Position numbers and translations under genes: made by a program. Positions 1 to 11,624 of a stretch of 64,000 nucleotides of DNA are shown here, piece after piece. How positions within the stretch are numbered: the first letter of the stretch is position 1; each line of letters begins with the position of its first letter. This stretch comes from Cladosporium halotolerans (lineage: Eukaryota): contig NW_027191505.1 in the NCBI RefSeq assembly GCF_011745625.1, positions 1 to 64,000 on the forward strand. Direction: 5' to 3'. Below the pieces are notes generated by a model. The model was not told the DNA's origin and did not search any database. It saw nothing but the letters and a program-made list of their open reading frames with translations.

Positions 1-302
1 TGGTGTGCTGAACATTCTCAATACGTCTGAGATGCGTCTTGCGGAGACGGGTGGTCCCATGGCTTGGCAAAGTTCGAAAACTTTCGGAGAATCGGAGGGG
101 GCCCGACCTCCGAGCGCAAGCTGCAGCTCCGGCTCAGGGTTTCTCTGCTCTGATGCCGCCTTATGTCACTAGCAAAACATCGACACCTCCAATCCACCTC
201 GCCTTTATTCAGCGCTTGATCGAAACTCACCCCAACTGGACCCAGCAACACCTTCGTCCATCGCAATACCCTCAATTGGTTCATAAACCCAACATCTCCA
301 AG

Positions 303-1305
303 ATGCACTCCTTCCGCGCCCTCGCCCGCGCTGCGCCTAGAGCAACTGCTCGCCTCACTGCCACCTCCGCCCGCGCCTCTATCCGCCCTGCCTTCACAAG
401 CTCCATCAAGACTCAAGCACCCCGCGCTCTCACTGCCGCCTTCAGCACATCGCGCCCGGCCTTCGATGCTTCCGCCCAGGAGCTCGCCGCCAAGCTCACC
501 TCCGAGCTGCAGCTCGAGAGCGAGAACGCCGACTCTAGCCAGACCGCATCCGACAGCAACGTTCAGAACTTCCTCTCCCGCACCGATTGGCAGCTGCACG
601 ACGTCGATGGCGAGCAGATCGTGAAGCTCAGCCGCAAGTTCGAGGACGAACTCATCGAGGTCCGCTTCACCATTGCCGACTTCAACAACCCCTACCCCGA
701 AGAGGATGCCGATGAGGCTCTGTACGATGAGGAGATGGAGCTCGGTGACGCCCAGAGCGGCGGTGCCAACACCAAGGGTGCCATCAACCAGGGCAACAGC
801 CGCGACGGCAACTTCAAGGTCGCTCCCGAGGACAACATTGCGCCTGGCGACAGGGAGGGTCTCGCCGATGAGGAGGTAAGGAACCTCCAAGACGACTGAA
901 TGACTGTTCGTACATGCTAACACTCTACCCAAGGACAACTCCGAGCCCGCCTTCCCCGCCAACGTGAACGTTCTCATCTCGCGCCCCAGCAAGAAGAACG
1001 CCGGCGCCCTCCGCATCAACCTCGTCTCCGACAGCGGCAGCTTCCAGGTCAACTCCGTCACCCACCTGCCCTCCGCCGACATCCCCGAGGCCCAGATCGC
1101 CGAGGCGCCGCTGACCGGCGAGAAGATGTACTCCGGCCCGCCCTTCCCCCAGCTCGACGAGGACCTCCAGGCCCTGCTCGAGACCTACCTCAACGAGCGC
1201 GGCGTCGACACCGAGCTCGCCATGTTCATCCCCGAGTACATTGACGTCAAGGAGCAGAAGGAGTACCTCGGCTGGCTGAAGAAGGTCAAGGACTTCGTTG
1301 AGTAA
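303..1305 (+). CDS. MAM33: Mitochondrial acidic matrix protein MAM33/C1QBP family; 2 exons (303-875, 934-1305)
   Basis: Arg/Ala/Ser-rich presequence (MHSFRALARAAPRATAR), acidic body, C-terminal YSGPPFPQLDEDLQ..YLNERGVD..KEQKEYLGWL. Intron GTAAG(876)..GCTAAC..AAG(933) joins the two ORF-track pieces in frame. Confidence 0.92.
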
Positions 1306-2197
1306 GCTGTTTAAGGTATTCCTTTGCGATAGAAAATTCTGTGGAGGAATCCTCCAGGCGCGGGCGTTCTTTGCGCTGTATTAGTAAAATCATGTAACAA
1401 ATCTCGAAGCTTTACGACCACTATGGATAGGGGAATCGCCAGTACCGACGGAGTCGAGGTATTGCAACTGGTCTTGCGAGACCGTGTGCATAGAATGAAG
1501 TAGATCCATAATACCCCGCTCAAGTTTTCAAAGAATGTTTATCCTCAGTTCTTGCGGACAGTTCGTTTAGCGTCATGTGTACTTTCAGGCACAGAGCCTG
1601 ATATCGAATGCATTGGAAATGCTAGTCGTATGACTTCTGCAGAACTATGTCTATGTACAGATGCCTCATCATGTTGGTGCCAGACGTGTTCATGCACGCC
1701 GCTGGATGAGCGCCTCCCCAAAACAAGCATTGAACAGGTAGGGTACGTCGATGACTGGATCTGGAGATTGGAGCTAGGTCCTGCAGGATTACTCGCGCTG
1801 GTGCTCGAATGCTCCCTTTGGCGTGTGACGGCCCACTTATGTATTGCCCTAAAGCATATCCGCTAGCCGCATTGGTAATTCAATTCTAACCGTTTCATGC
1901 GTGGCTAGGCTTGGAATCGGCCTCCGAAACTACTCATGAGGACAGGGCGATCTGTAATCTGGCCTCGCTCGGAGACGGCGCCGGATGCCCTGCGATCTGA
2001 GAGATTCGGATGATTGCTCTCAGAAATCGATGTCTTGTCGCTGCGCCCCAAGGTATGGTTTCTGTTGCCTTGGTTCGTCCGTTCATCCGCAGTTTGGCGG
2101 ATCCGACGAGTGAAAGGCGGTGTTCTGAACCAGGAAGATCTCAGTCTGGTCAAGTGCCGCCCTCGACAGTTTTCTTCGAGATCAACCCGGTGCGCCC

Positions 2198-2962
2198 TCA
2201 GTCGCCGCTCTCTTTCATGGCCTCCTCGCACGCCTTGCGAACCTCTTGTACACCAGCCACCGTTTCCCACTTGTCCAGCAATCCTGAGACCTTCTTCCAC
2301 TCCTCTTCAGCATCCTCCCTCTTCCCAGCATCAATAAGTCCCCTCAACCTCCCCGGAGCATCCAGTACCCACCTCACTGTCGCGCGCTGCTCCTGCGCCT
2401 TCCTCTCCGCCTCAGACCCAGACCCAGACCCATGCTGCTCCCTCAGCGCCCCCGACAAAGCCGCAGACGTTTCGGCTATGTGTTCCACGGCGGGCGCCAG
2501 CGTCGCCGTTGCTGGTGTCAGCGGCTCCATGCTCGCGCGCATCCGCGCGATCGTCTCCGTTGCGCTGATCAGTTTCGAGTAGTTGTCGTACACCAGTGCT
2601 TTCTTCTCGCCATCTAGTGAGCGAATCTCAGACGCCAGGCTGGCGACTGTCCGCATGACGGTTTCGAGGTCGGAGCTTGCGAGGAGCGACGAAACATATT
2701 CGGTTGAGGAGAAGCCGGGCTTGTCGAGCTCGCTCTCAAGCTCAGGGTCGAGTGGAGGCGGTGCTGGAGAAGCATTGCGTGAGGAGGGTTTGGGGTCGGC
2801 TTTCAGGCCATAGTAGTCGCGGAGGGCGGCGCGGTTGCGTCGTTGGTTGCCTGGTGCTGCGCTGCCGGGTTGGCGGGTCAGCGATGCGGAGCGGTCGGTG
2901 GAGGTCGAGGTGCGCCGCGAGGAGAGGGCTATTGAGGGGCGTGGTGAAGCTATTGTCGACAT
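2198..2962 (-). CDS. VPS51: Vps51/Vps67 GARP tethering complex subunit
   Basis: RNRAALRDYYGL, SELDKPGF and SEIRSLDGEKKALVYDNYSKLISATETI motifs typical of the Vps51 N-terminal domain. Confidence 0.88.
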   Translation of the reverse strand: MSTIASPRPSIALSSRRTSTSTDRSASLTRQPGSAAPGNQRRNRAALRDYYGLKADPKPSSRNASPAPPPLDPELESELDKPGFSSTEYVSSLLASSDLETVMRTVASLASEIRSLDGEKKALVYDNYSKLISATETIARMRASMEPLTPATATLAPAVEHIAETSAALSGALREQHGSGSGSEAERKAQEQRATVRWVLDAPGRLRGLIDAGKREDAEEEWKKVSGLLDKWETVAGVQEVRKACEEAMKESGD

Positions 2963-3188
2963 CTTTGCAATAGCTAGGCCGTGCTATGGAGGTTATGAAG
3001 GGTCGCGAGCGTGCAGTTTGTCGAAGGGCGAGCTTGAGATGCATGTGATAGCGGGTCCTTCCGAAAGCGGTCTGGCGTCAACAGTTGACGACGCGCTTGG
3101 TCCTTCCAAGGTTATTCATCGACACGTCCGTCGTCACGGTCGCACCGCGGATCTTCACACGGTGTCAATACGACCTTGCCACACTACA

Positions 3189-3541
3189 TCCTGCCACAAA
3201 GCTCCATGCCACAGAGCTTGCATAATGGGTCCTCAAGACCCAGCACACGACCATCGCGAGGTCTGCGAGGTCTGACCGTGCCCATGAGCACGGGTACCTA
3301 CCTTAGTATCACAAGAACGCTCGTAACATAACAATACTCGTAAGTCACGGGAGCCATCCTTACGGTATCAATGGCGATGCCGCAATCTGCAGCTTCGTGC
3401 CACAAAGCTTGCATACTGGGAGTTCAGGACCCAACACGGCCATCGCGGGATTTACGAGGTCTGATGGTGCCCATGAGCTCAAGTAACAACACAACAGTGC
3501 TCCTATGCCACGGGAGCCGTCCTTACGATATAAATGGCGAT
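3189..3541. repeat. Degenerate direct repeat (two ~145-170 bp copies) with hairpins and Helitron-like 3' end motifs
   Basis: Copy 1 (~3207-3378) and copy 2 (~3398-3541) share TGCCACARAGCTTGCATA..GACCCA..CCATCGCG..CGAGGTCTGA..GTGCCCATGAGC..CACGGGAGCC.TCCTTACG.TAT.AATGGCGAT. Confidence 0.85.
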
Positions 3542-3831
3542 AACGCCAGCTTGTGAGAGAGCTGGATCTTACGATGAATCGCTTTTCTTGGCAAACATAT
3601 CGAAAGGTGATATGCCGTTCTCCGCTCGGTTCAAACACAGAGTGAAGAGCGCCGTTTTTATGTGACGGCAGACTTCTGCAATCTGGACGCGCTTGTCGCT
3701 CTTGCCTCGCTAAGCTTCCCTTGCTTCGAGTCTCCACCAACTCTGCCGTCGTCGCTCTCAAACCATCACCCACTCTTCTCGATCGTCGCTATCCCATACC
3801 AAGTTTTTCGACTTTCGTCCACGTCGCGCAC

Positions 3832-6800
3832 ATGGATATATTCGTCCACAACGTTCCCAGACACGTCACTCAGAGACAGCTTCGAGCGTGCTTCGAAGAG
3901 CCACTCAAAGAATGCGGCATCCTCGACTTCCACTGTCAGCTCCCACGCGGTCAAGCGTTTGCGTTCCTAACAATCCTCGATCCATCCGCCGGTCAACGCT
4001 TCCTCAGCTTCTATGGCGCTTCAAAGTCCGCACCGAGACCCCAGAAACCCACCAAGATCATAACTTGTGCGGGAAACCAACTTCGCTGCGAACCTAGCCG
4101 CAAAAAGCCGAGTGAGTACGATTTGAAAGTCCTGGAGCATGAAGCGTCGCAACGCATGGCGGCAAAAGTGGTTACCGTCCCGCAAGAGAAGTGGAGGACA
4201 ACACGTTTCCAGCTCTCAAGAATCCATTGTGGTGTGTGGGATTACGATGAGGATTCGCAGCTCACATACCATTCGCATTTCACCCTCGAAAAGCCTGGCA
4301 CGATTACTTTTGGTCGTCAGCAAGCGATCGTGTTGCTCGGACCTGTCGGCACTGATCAGAACCGGATGGATATTGACTACTATGGCTGCAAGTATATCGT
4401 ACTTGGCGATCACCGAGATGCTACAGTCACATTCACACTCAGCCATTCTCCAAAATTCTATATATTCAGTGGCGAAGACGTTCTCAAAGCCGGATTGCGG
4501 GCCCTGACCTTGGGATCGAAAGCAGGCCGACACGGGTCCATCTTCAAGTCGCGTGTCCTAGGGCTGAACGACGACCATCAAAAGATTGCTGGGACTTGCA
4601 GAGTGTATCAGTTCCGTCTCACAGACGAAGACATGCTCCCCAAGATTCGGAGCCTTCTGAACGGTGACGCAAGAATGCCGGCAAGCTTCTCTTTGGCAAC
4701 GACACTCCACTACCCGCTGGTCACATTGGAGACGGCTTTTTTCCGCCTGGACAACGAGCTCACAGATACTGCTCGATATGGGAATATGCCTTTTCATATT
4801 CGTTTTCAGCTTGAGCGTGTTGCCCGAAATGGATACCTCTCGCCTTTGAAAGTGATTGAGCTCCTCCCAACTGTGGAAGAAATCTGGAAAACGATTGGCG
4901 AGGAACAGGCATCGTATGCCTTGCGCAAGTTGGTCAAACACCTGCCAACCCCTGGCCCCGACACTCATGGGGACTTTGCAGTTACTTCACTGAAAGATTG
5001 CATCCGAGATCATGCGGGCTCATACGATTCTTCTGCACCTGATAATGCATACGAGCTCGTCAAAAAACATCAACACATCAACCTGGTCCACCGAGTCTTG
5101 GTAACGCCCACAGGTATCTATCTCGAAGGACCTGATGCGGAGCCTACCAATCGAGTCCTGCGGCGATATGCTGACCACACTGATCACTTCGTGCGGGTCA
5201 TACTCATGGACGAAGACGGCGGTTGGGTGCACTACGACTCCCGCGCATCGCAGAATATTGTGTACGATGAGCGCTTCCGTAAGCTCCTCACCAAGAGCAT
5301 CAGCATCGCCGGACGGGGCTTCCACTTCTTTGGGTTCTCCAACTCTGGACTCCGGGCACATTCGTGCTGGTTCATGGCACCGCTTATCATCAATGGCGAT
5401 TTGTCCTTTGCCTCCAATATCCTCAGAGAGCTGGGTGATTTCGAAATGATCCGGACTCCTGCTAAATGCGCTGCACGCATTGGTCAGAATTTTACCGATA
5501 CCAACGACACCGTCGATCTCGACCCTTCTACTGTGGGCATGCTTCCTTTGGTCACTCGGAACGGCTACGACTTCGGAGACGGTGTGGGAACTATCTCTCA
5601 AGACCTGCTCACCAAAATCTGGAAGGTTTATGGTACCAAGCGGCTCCTCAATCCGACTGTTCTACAAATCAGGTTCCAAGGCACAAAGGGTATGGTAGCG
5701 CTTGACAGCCGTCTTTGGGGCGAGAAGCTCCTGCTTCGCACCAACATGACGAAGTATCAGACAACCAGCTCTTGGAAATTGGAGATTTGCGGCGCTGCGT
5801 TCAAACCGCTGCCCATGTTTCTGAACCGCCAGCTCATCAAAATCCTGGAGGACCTTAAAATCCCAGCTGAAGTATTCTACGACCTACAAGACGCTGCCAT
5901 GGGCAGGTTGCGCTTCATGACGGAGTCTTCCATCAACACGAGCTTGTTCCTTCGGCACTCTGTCTCTCGGGCAACCGATGTTCATTCGCTCATCAGGTAC
6001 CTGGGTGAAATCGGGCTTGACTATCACCATGATCCATTCCTCTACAGCGTTGTGGAGATGGCGGTGGTGAATGAGCTGCGCGGTCTCAAGTACCGTGGTC
6101 GTCTACCCGTGAAAGACGGCATGACTCTGTACGGGATCATGGACGAGACTGGCTATCTTCGAGAAGGTGAGATCTTCGTCATCACTGAGCAGCAGGCCGT
6201 CCCAGCAGCTACCTCGGAACTCAATGGAACGGAGCTTGCCCTAGGAGGAAAGCAAGTCCTCGTCCAAAACAACGTCGTGATTACCCGTTCACCTGCCATG
6301 CACCCAGGAGATGTGCAGCTGGTGCACGCCGTTGATGTTCCAGAAGACTCCCCGCTGCAGCGTCTCCGCAATGTGATTGTGTTCAGCCAGCATGGCGACA
6401 GAGACCTGCCAAGTCAGCTCAGTGGCGGGGATCTGGACGGGGACTTGTACAATGTAGTGTACGATCGCCGCCTCTGTCCGGATAACACCTATATCGCTGC
6501 TGAATATCCTCGATTGAAACCAGTGGAGCTCGACCGTCCGGTGACTGCAAAAGACATGTCTGACTTCTTTGTGACCTTCATGGAAACCGATCAACTGGGC
6601 GTGCTATGCAACATCCATCTGCAGCTTGCCGATCAGCGGCCTCTCGGGACACTAGACAAAGATTGTGTCAAAATTGCCCGCATGGCTTCTACCGCGGTAG
6701 ATTTCTCCAAGACTGGTATCGCTGCCGACATGAAAGAAGTTCCTAGGTTCAACCGGTTTCGTCCCGATTTCATGGCTCCCAGTCCGCGAGTGATGGTATC

Positions 6801-7551
6801 CGAAAAGGGGGAGCTTCGATTCGAGGACCTTTACGCCGATGAAGATTATTTCTTCGAAGCCATCGATGAAGAGAAAAAGCAGATGCGTTATTACAAGAGC
6901 GAGAAGGTCCTCGGGCACCTGTACCGCAAGATCGACGAAAAGCAGTTTCTTGCCGACATGCAAGAGCATCACCATGCCACTCTCAGAAAGAAAGCAATCA
7001 CACAGGGCTTGATCTTCAAGCTTTGTGACTACGTGCTGGATCAAGCCAAAATGTGCGGCGTTTTATACGAAAATTACCTGGACCTCGCTCGCATCATTCG
7101 CGCCGGTTACGAAGACAGCCTAATCGATATCCTCTACGCTCACAGTCCGACAGTCTACTCTCCCCTGTCTGAGGCCGAAGCTTTTGCCGGCACGGTCCTT
7201 GGGAAACAAGGAGGAGCGCAAGGAAAGCCGCTCCGCGAGCTCAGCAAGTCGATGCGCGAGCGCTTCGATGCCGTTGCGGAACATACTATCATGCGCATCG
7301 TCAATGGCGACGAAGCGATGCACCGTGTCGAGTACCTGGACTCTCTGTATGACGTTCCGGAGCGTGTGATCGAGGCGTGGCCGAGGGCGATTGCGTGCTT
7401 GGTTGTTGCCTGTAACGAGAAAGGTGCTGAAGATTTCCGTATCGGGGAGATCAAGAGCTTCAAATATATCGCTGCGGCGGTCTGTCTGAAGGAGTTTGAT
7501 CGTACCAGGAATGGCCTTGGTACCTATGGCTCGCTTCCCAGGTGTGAGTGA
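3832..7551 (+). CDS. Eukaryotic RNAi RNA-dependent RNA polymerase (probably SAD-1/RRP-3-like rather than QDE-1), intronless
   Basis: N-terminal RRM-like MDIFVHNVP..FAFLTI; AKCAARIGQNF, FGDGVGTIS, QIRFQGTKGM, LYGIMDETGYL, ITRSPAMHPGD and catalytic SGGDLDGD (~6421-6444). ATG 3832 preferred over TTG 3721. Confidence 0.95.
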   Translation: MDIFVHNVPRHVTQRQLRACFEEPLKECGILDFHCQLPRGQAFAFLTILDPSAGQRFLSFYGASKSAPRPQKPTKIITCAGNQLRCEPSRKKPSEYDLKVLEHEASQRMAAKVVTVPQEKWRTTRFQLSRIHCGVWDYDEDSQLTYHSHFTLEKPGTITFGRQQAIVLLGPVGTDQNRMDIDYYGCKYIVLGDHRDATVTFTLSHSPKFYIFSGEDVLKAGLRALTLGSKAGRHGSIFKSRVLGLNDDHQKIAGTCRVYQFRLTDEDMLPKIRSLLNGDARMPASFSLATTLHYPLVTLETAFFRLDNELTDTARYGNMPFHIRFQLERVARNGYLSPLKVIELLPTVEEIWKTIGEEQASYALRKLVKHLPTPGPDTHGDFAVTSLKDCIRDHAGSYDSSAPDNAYELVKKHQHINLVHRVLVTPTGIYLEGPDAEPTNRVLRRYADHTDHFVRVILMDEDGGWVHYDSRASQNIVYDERFRKLLTKSISIAGRGFHFFGFSNSGLRAHSCWFMAPLIINGDLSFASNILRELGDFEMIRTPAKCAARIGQNFTDTNDTVDLDPSTVGMLPLVTRNGYDFGDGVGTISQDLLTKIWKVYGTKRLLNPTVLQIRFQGTKGMVALDSRLWGEKLLLRTNMTKYQTTSSWKLEICGAAFKPLPMFLNRQLIKILEDLKIPAEVFYDLQDAAMGRLRFMTESSINTSLFLRHSVSRATDVHSLIRYLGEIGLDYHHDPFLYSVVEMAVVNELRGLKYRGRLPVKDGMTLYGIMDETGYLREGEIFVITEQQAVPAATSELNGTELALGGKQVLVQNNVVITRSPAMHPGDVQLVHAVDVPEDSPLQRLRNVIVFSQHGDRDLPSQLSGGDLDGDLYNVVYDRRLCPDNTYIAAEYPRLKPVELDRPVTAKDMSDFFVTFMETDQLGVLCNIHLQLADQRPLGTLDKDCVKIARMASTAVDFSKTGIAADMKEVPRFNRFRPDFMAPSPRVMVSEKGELRFEDLYADEDYFFEAIDEEKKQMRYYKSEKVLGHLYRKIDEKQFLADMQEHHHATLRKKAITQGLIFKLCDYVLDQAKMCGVLYENYLDLARIIRAGYEDSLIDILYAHSPTVYSPLSEAEAFAGTVLGKQGGAQGKPLRELSKSMRERFDAVAEHTIMRIVNGDEAMHRVEYLDSLYDVPERVIEAWPRAIACLVVACNEKGAEDFRIGEIKSFKYIAAAVCLKEFDRTRNGLGTYGSLPRCE

Positions 7552-7741
7552 GACCTTCCTGCCCGCCTGGGCAAGGTCGACATTTCTTTTCCGCGTCTCA
7601 GCCGAGGGAGGTCTGGCTTGCTAGTCCGTCGGAAGTACTGAAATCGTAGCTGAGAAGGCGCGAGCCTTTCGTAAAGCTCACTTGATCGATCAATGACAAA
7701 AATGGTTGCGCACGAATGTCTCTCTGTGGCTTTGACTCAGA

Positions 7742-8443
7742 TCACCTCTGCATGCCTGCCTTCTCTTGCAACACTTTCTTCCTCTCTGCTCGCCATTTTC
7801 GATCCCAAGCATCCACCTTTCCTCCAATGACTTCCGCACACCTCGGCTCCAGTAAAACCACACCCCTTGCCACAGTCACATCCCTCAACACCAGTTTCGC
7901 CCCAATCGACATCCCAACCCCGACCCCTTCAACGCCCACCACCTCAATCCCATAGACATTAGTCCCTTTCGCGTCTTGCAGCAGCAACTTATGCGGCCCT
8001 GCAGAAGCCGTCGTCGCATTTTCCGCGTTGCCCTCCTCAGGCACCACCCGCACCACTTCCCGCCCTTTCGTCGTCTCCCCTCGCTCCGCCGCTTCCAGCG
8101 CTTCGACCTGGCTCCACCGGCTTCGTCCGATGTCTTCTACATCGAGCACTTGCACCGCAATAGGGCCTGGGATCCTTTGGTCTTTGATGCTGGGATCTGA
8201 GATGGCGGGTGAGAAAGTTGTGGATGGCGAGGGCTGGACGGAGGTCTTGAGGTCTGTTGCTAGGAGGCGGAAGAGAGCAGTCTTTTGTTGTGCTAGCAGA
8301 GGCGTGGTGGGTTTGAGAGTTGGGAGGAGGGTTTGGAGCCAAGCTTGGGCTGGCGGGAGGTGCTGAGATTGTAGATAGGTTGATAGAGTGGTGGCGAGGT
8401 CAGGGTTTGGGGTCGGGTGCTGTGGTTGGCGGAGAATTGCCAT
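7742..8443 (-). CDS. RMI1: RecQ-mediated genome instability protein 1 (OB fold)
   Basis: VQVLDVEDIG..SQVEALE..ERGE..KGREVVR, GPHKLLLQD..G..VYGIE, GAKLVLR..VARGVVLLEP. Start codon is approximate. Confidence 0.85.
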   Translation of the reverse strand: MAILRQPQHPTPNPDLATTLSTYLQSQHLPPAQAWLQTLLPTLKPTTPLLAQQKTALFRLLATDLKTSVQPSPSTTFSPAISDPSIKDQRIPGPIAVQVLDVEDIGRSRWSQVEALEAAERGETTKGREVVRVVPEEGNAENATTASAGPHKLLLQDAKGTNVYGIEVVGVEGVGVGMSIGAKLVLRDVTVARGVVLLEPRCAEVIGGKVDAWDRKWRAERKKVLQEKAGMQR

Positions 8444-8745
8444 GTCGTTATGTGAGGCGGGCAACTATCACACTTGTAGAAAACCATCGAATTCCATTTC
8501 CTTGTCCCCCGTTTGCTGATGGTGACTTTGTCTCAGTCGCTGGTTAGATTTATCGAGAGTTGTGAGAACGCGAGGTCGTCGGGTCGCGTCGCGCGCGTAC
8601 TTTTCGGTCTGGTGGAGCAGAAGCACGGTACATTCAGGCACGCAGGACGTCACTCCAGCGGGTTTCGAGTCGAGCCAACAGCTCGCGCGAGGACATGTTG
8701 CTTTATTGCCGTCTTGGGCAATTGTAGATTTACTCAACCGCAGCC

Positions 8746-11339
8746 ATGGATGTCCGGGTCCTGGACTATATCGATGATCGCCTGGCCGCTACTTCGGATT
8801 TTGACGCGCTCGATTCGCTCATTGAAAATGTCAAGGAGCAGCAGGATTTGTTGAAGAAGCAGGTGGGTAGTCATCTTCCAACACACACCTAGACTCGAAT
8901 ATTGGCTGAACGAACAATTAGCTGGACGACGCCCGACGTGATCATGACAACGCCAGAACCGCATCGGACAATCACATAGTCTCGACGCGCGAAAAGGGCG
9001 AAGCGTTCCAGAAAGAGCAGGCGGACATTGATTGTAGACTCTTGGTTGCGACACAGTCTGAGACAAGCGACGATGCGGCACGGAAGTTCGAGGCCAGTAT
9101 GGGAAGGTTGAGGAAGTTGGAAATTGCGGGCGGCTACGTGGAATTGCTGAAAGAAGTGGACGCGCTCAGGTATGCACACTGAGTGTTTGTGACTCCAGCG
9201 GTATACTGACCATCCAGCAGCAATGAGTGTATCTCACAGCTTGGGAAGTCGGACAAGGCGGCTCTCCAGCCTTACCGCAGGCTGCAGCATCTAGTCGTCA
9301 GTCTGCAACCTTTACAAGAAGCAGCAGACGGCGCAGCTCCTCACCTCTTGGACCATATTGTACAACAGGTGCAACAAGTCAAGGCCCGCATCCAGCAGTC
9401 ATTTTCGGACGATCTTGAAAGCACCCTCAAGAAGATGAACTGGCCGAAAGCCACGAGCATTGTGCCAATGGCTTTGCAAGACGAATGGGAGAGGAACGTT
9501 GGAAGGCTACTGGATTTGCAACGGCCTGACCTGGAATCTCGTGACCAAATGCTGATGAGCAAGTCTGGATCTGAAGACCCGCCAGTGTTGTTACCCCTGG
9601 AAGTCCTTGTGCGTCCATTGGAACAGAGATTCACGTATCACTTCTCTGGAAGCAAGCCTACGAATCGTCTCGATAAGCCAGAGTACTTCCTGTCTCACAC
9701 CGAGAAGCTGATTGAAGGCTACAGCGAATTGATCCAGAACTCAGTTCAGCCACTTCTGACCAAGCACTTCCGCGGCTCGAACTTGTCTCTCACTCCAGCA
9801 TACATCGATGCGACCTGCGCTTTCGTCACAGCTTTGTTGCCGATGGTCCGTCGTAAGCTCGTGTCGTTCGCGTCACAGGTCGCGTCGCAACCGAATTTGC
9901 TCAGCCATCTTGTACACCAGGTACTCGACTTCGACAAGCTAATCGAGGAGAACTATGCTTACACGCCAGAGTCCCCTTCAACGCCATGGAGGGGCCTGGC
10001 ATATTTCCTGTTGGACACGAGCGGATACTTTCAGCGTTGGCTGGATGTGGAGCGTGACTTCGCCCTCGCCCGGTACTCGTCTATCATCGAGAACCAGGAA
10101 GGCGGCGAGCTCGATTGGGACTCCGTCTCTGACGATGCCACGAAGCCTACCAAGGCCGCAATCCGTGTCAACGACCTTCTCGAGACGGTCACCGACCGCT
10201 ATAGACCTTTGGCGAGCTTCAGTGAGAAGCTGCGTTTCTTGATCGACATCCAGATCGCCATCTTCGATCAATTCCACTCGCGCTTGCACTCGAGCTTGGA
10301 GGCTTACATAACAATGACTTCGTCTCTGGCACGCACAGTGCACGGCATCAGCAAAGAAGATCAATCCGAACTGCAAGGCGTCAAGGGCCTCGACAGGCTC
10401 TGCCGCGTCTTTGGATCCGCCGACTACCTCGAACGGGCCATGCGTGACTGGAGCGACGACGTCTTCTTCCTCGAACTATGGGAAGAACTCCAAGACCGCG
10501 CCAACAACCGCGACGAAATCTCCAAGAACCTCGGCTCCCTGCAAGAAATCCAAAGCAAGACCTCCTCCGCCGTCGGGCAGGATGACCCCACCAGCACCGC
10601 TTCCGCAGCCCAAGGCGCCCTGTTCGACGAAACAGCCGAAGCCTACCGCCGCCTGCGCGTCCGCAGCGAATCCATCATCGTCGAGACCCTCGCTTACAAC
10701 ATTCGCGAGACCCTCCGCCCTTACACCCGCGTCACCACCTGGGCTGCCCTCTCCGCTTCCGCCGCGGGCCCTACCTCCCTCTCCCCAGAGCTCGACCCCA
10801 CCCTCCGCCTGCTCGCCGATTACCTGGCCTTCCTCTCCAAGGCCCTCGGCAAGGCGCCCCTACGCCGCGTCGTCCGCCAGCTCTGCCACGCGGTCCAGAG
10901 CTTTCTGTGGGACCAGCTGCTAGTGAGGCATTCGTTCTCGACTGCGGGCGCTGCGCAGCTGAGCTCGGATCTCGACGCGCTTTGCGCGGCGATCGATCGC
11001 TTTGTGGGCTTTGGGGTCGCGCGCAGGGGGATGCGGAGGCTGGCTGATGGTGTTGGTTTGCTTTCGCTGCCGGTCAAGTCTGAGATTCCGCGCGTGCAGG
11101 TTGATGAGGAGGATGATGGCGCGGCGTGGGGCGATGAGGGCGAGGGCGCTGGCGTGGAGGCTGGAGAGGATGGGGGACAGGGCGCTGATGGGAGGCAGAT
11201 GGGCTTGTTTGAGGTCGAGAGATTGGTTTTCATGGATAATGAGAGCGCGAGGCATGCCTTGGAGTTGGTGGGATTGGAGAGTTTGAGCGAGGGCGATGCG
11301 AGGAGTGTGCTTGAGAGGAGGGTTGAGTTGGGGAGTTGA
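8746..11339 (+). CDS. TIP20: RINT-1/TIP20 Dsl1 tethering complex subunit; 3 exons (8746-8862, 8922-9169, ~9218-11339)
   Basis: RFTYHFSGSKPTNRLDKPEYFL, RYRPLASFSEKLRFLIDIQI and FSTAGAAQL motifs. Upstream exons MDVRVLDYIDDRL.. splice in frame via GT..AG introns; the second acceptor is a CAGCAG tandem (9217 or 9220). Confidence 0.9.
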
Positions 11340-11624
11340 TGGGTGGGCCGGAGCGAATTTGGATGAAATATGGTTGCTACGATCGAAAGATGGTCTTGTG
11401 GAAGCATTAAGATAAAGTGCATGTCAATGTCAATGTCAAATACGAACAATCATTTGTCATTTTTCGAAAAGTCATATCCTTTATGCCTCATCTCTCGTAC
11501 GCCGTGCTAAGCTACTGTCATGCGAATTCCCAACCTATACCTCCAAACAATGGCCCTCCGACAAAGAAACTAAAGACCTATCCTTTCCCACCGCCATTGG
11601 ATTTCTTCCGGGATATCATCGAGT

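Noticed and set aside
1311..2190. Short ORFs between MAM33 and VPS51
   Set aside because: No recognisable domain or consistent exon structure; most likely 3' UTR or intergenic sequence.
3189..3541. Repeat upstream of the RdRP as a CRISPR-like array
   Set aside because: Only two long diverged copies, no regular repeat-spacer structure, eukaryotic context and no cas genes.
3832..7551. RdRP as an endogenous viral element
   Set aside because: The DLDGD motif and flanking blocks are those of cellular RNAi RdRPs, not viral GDD palm polymerases.
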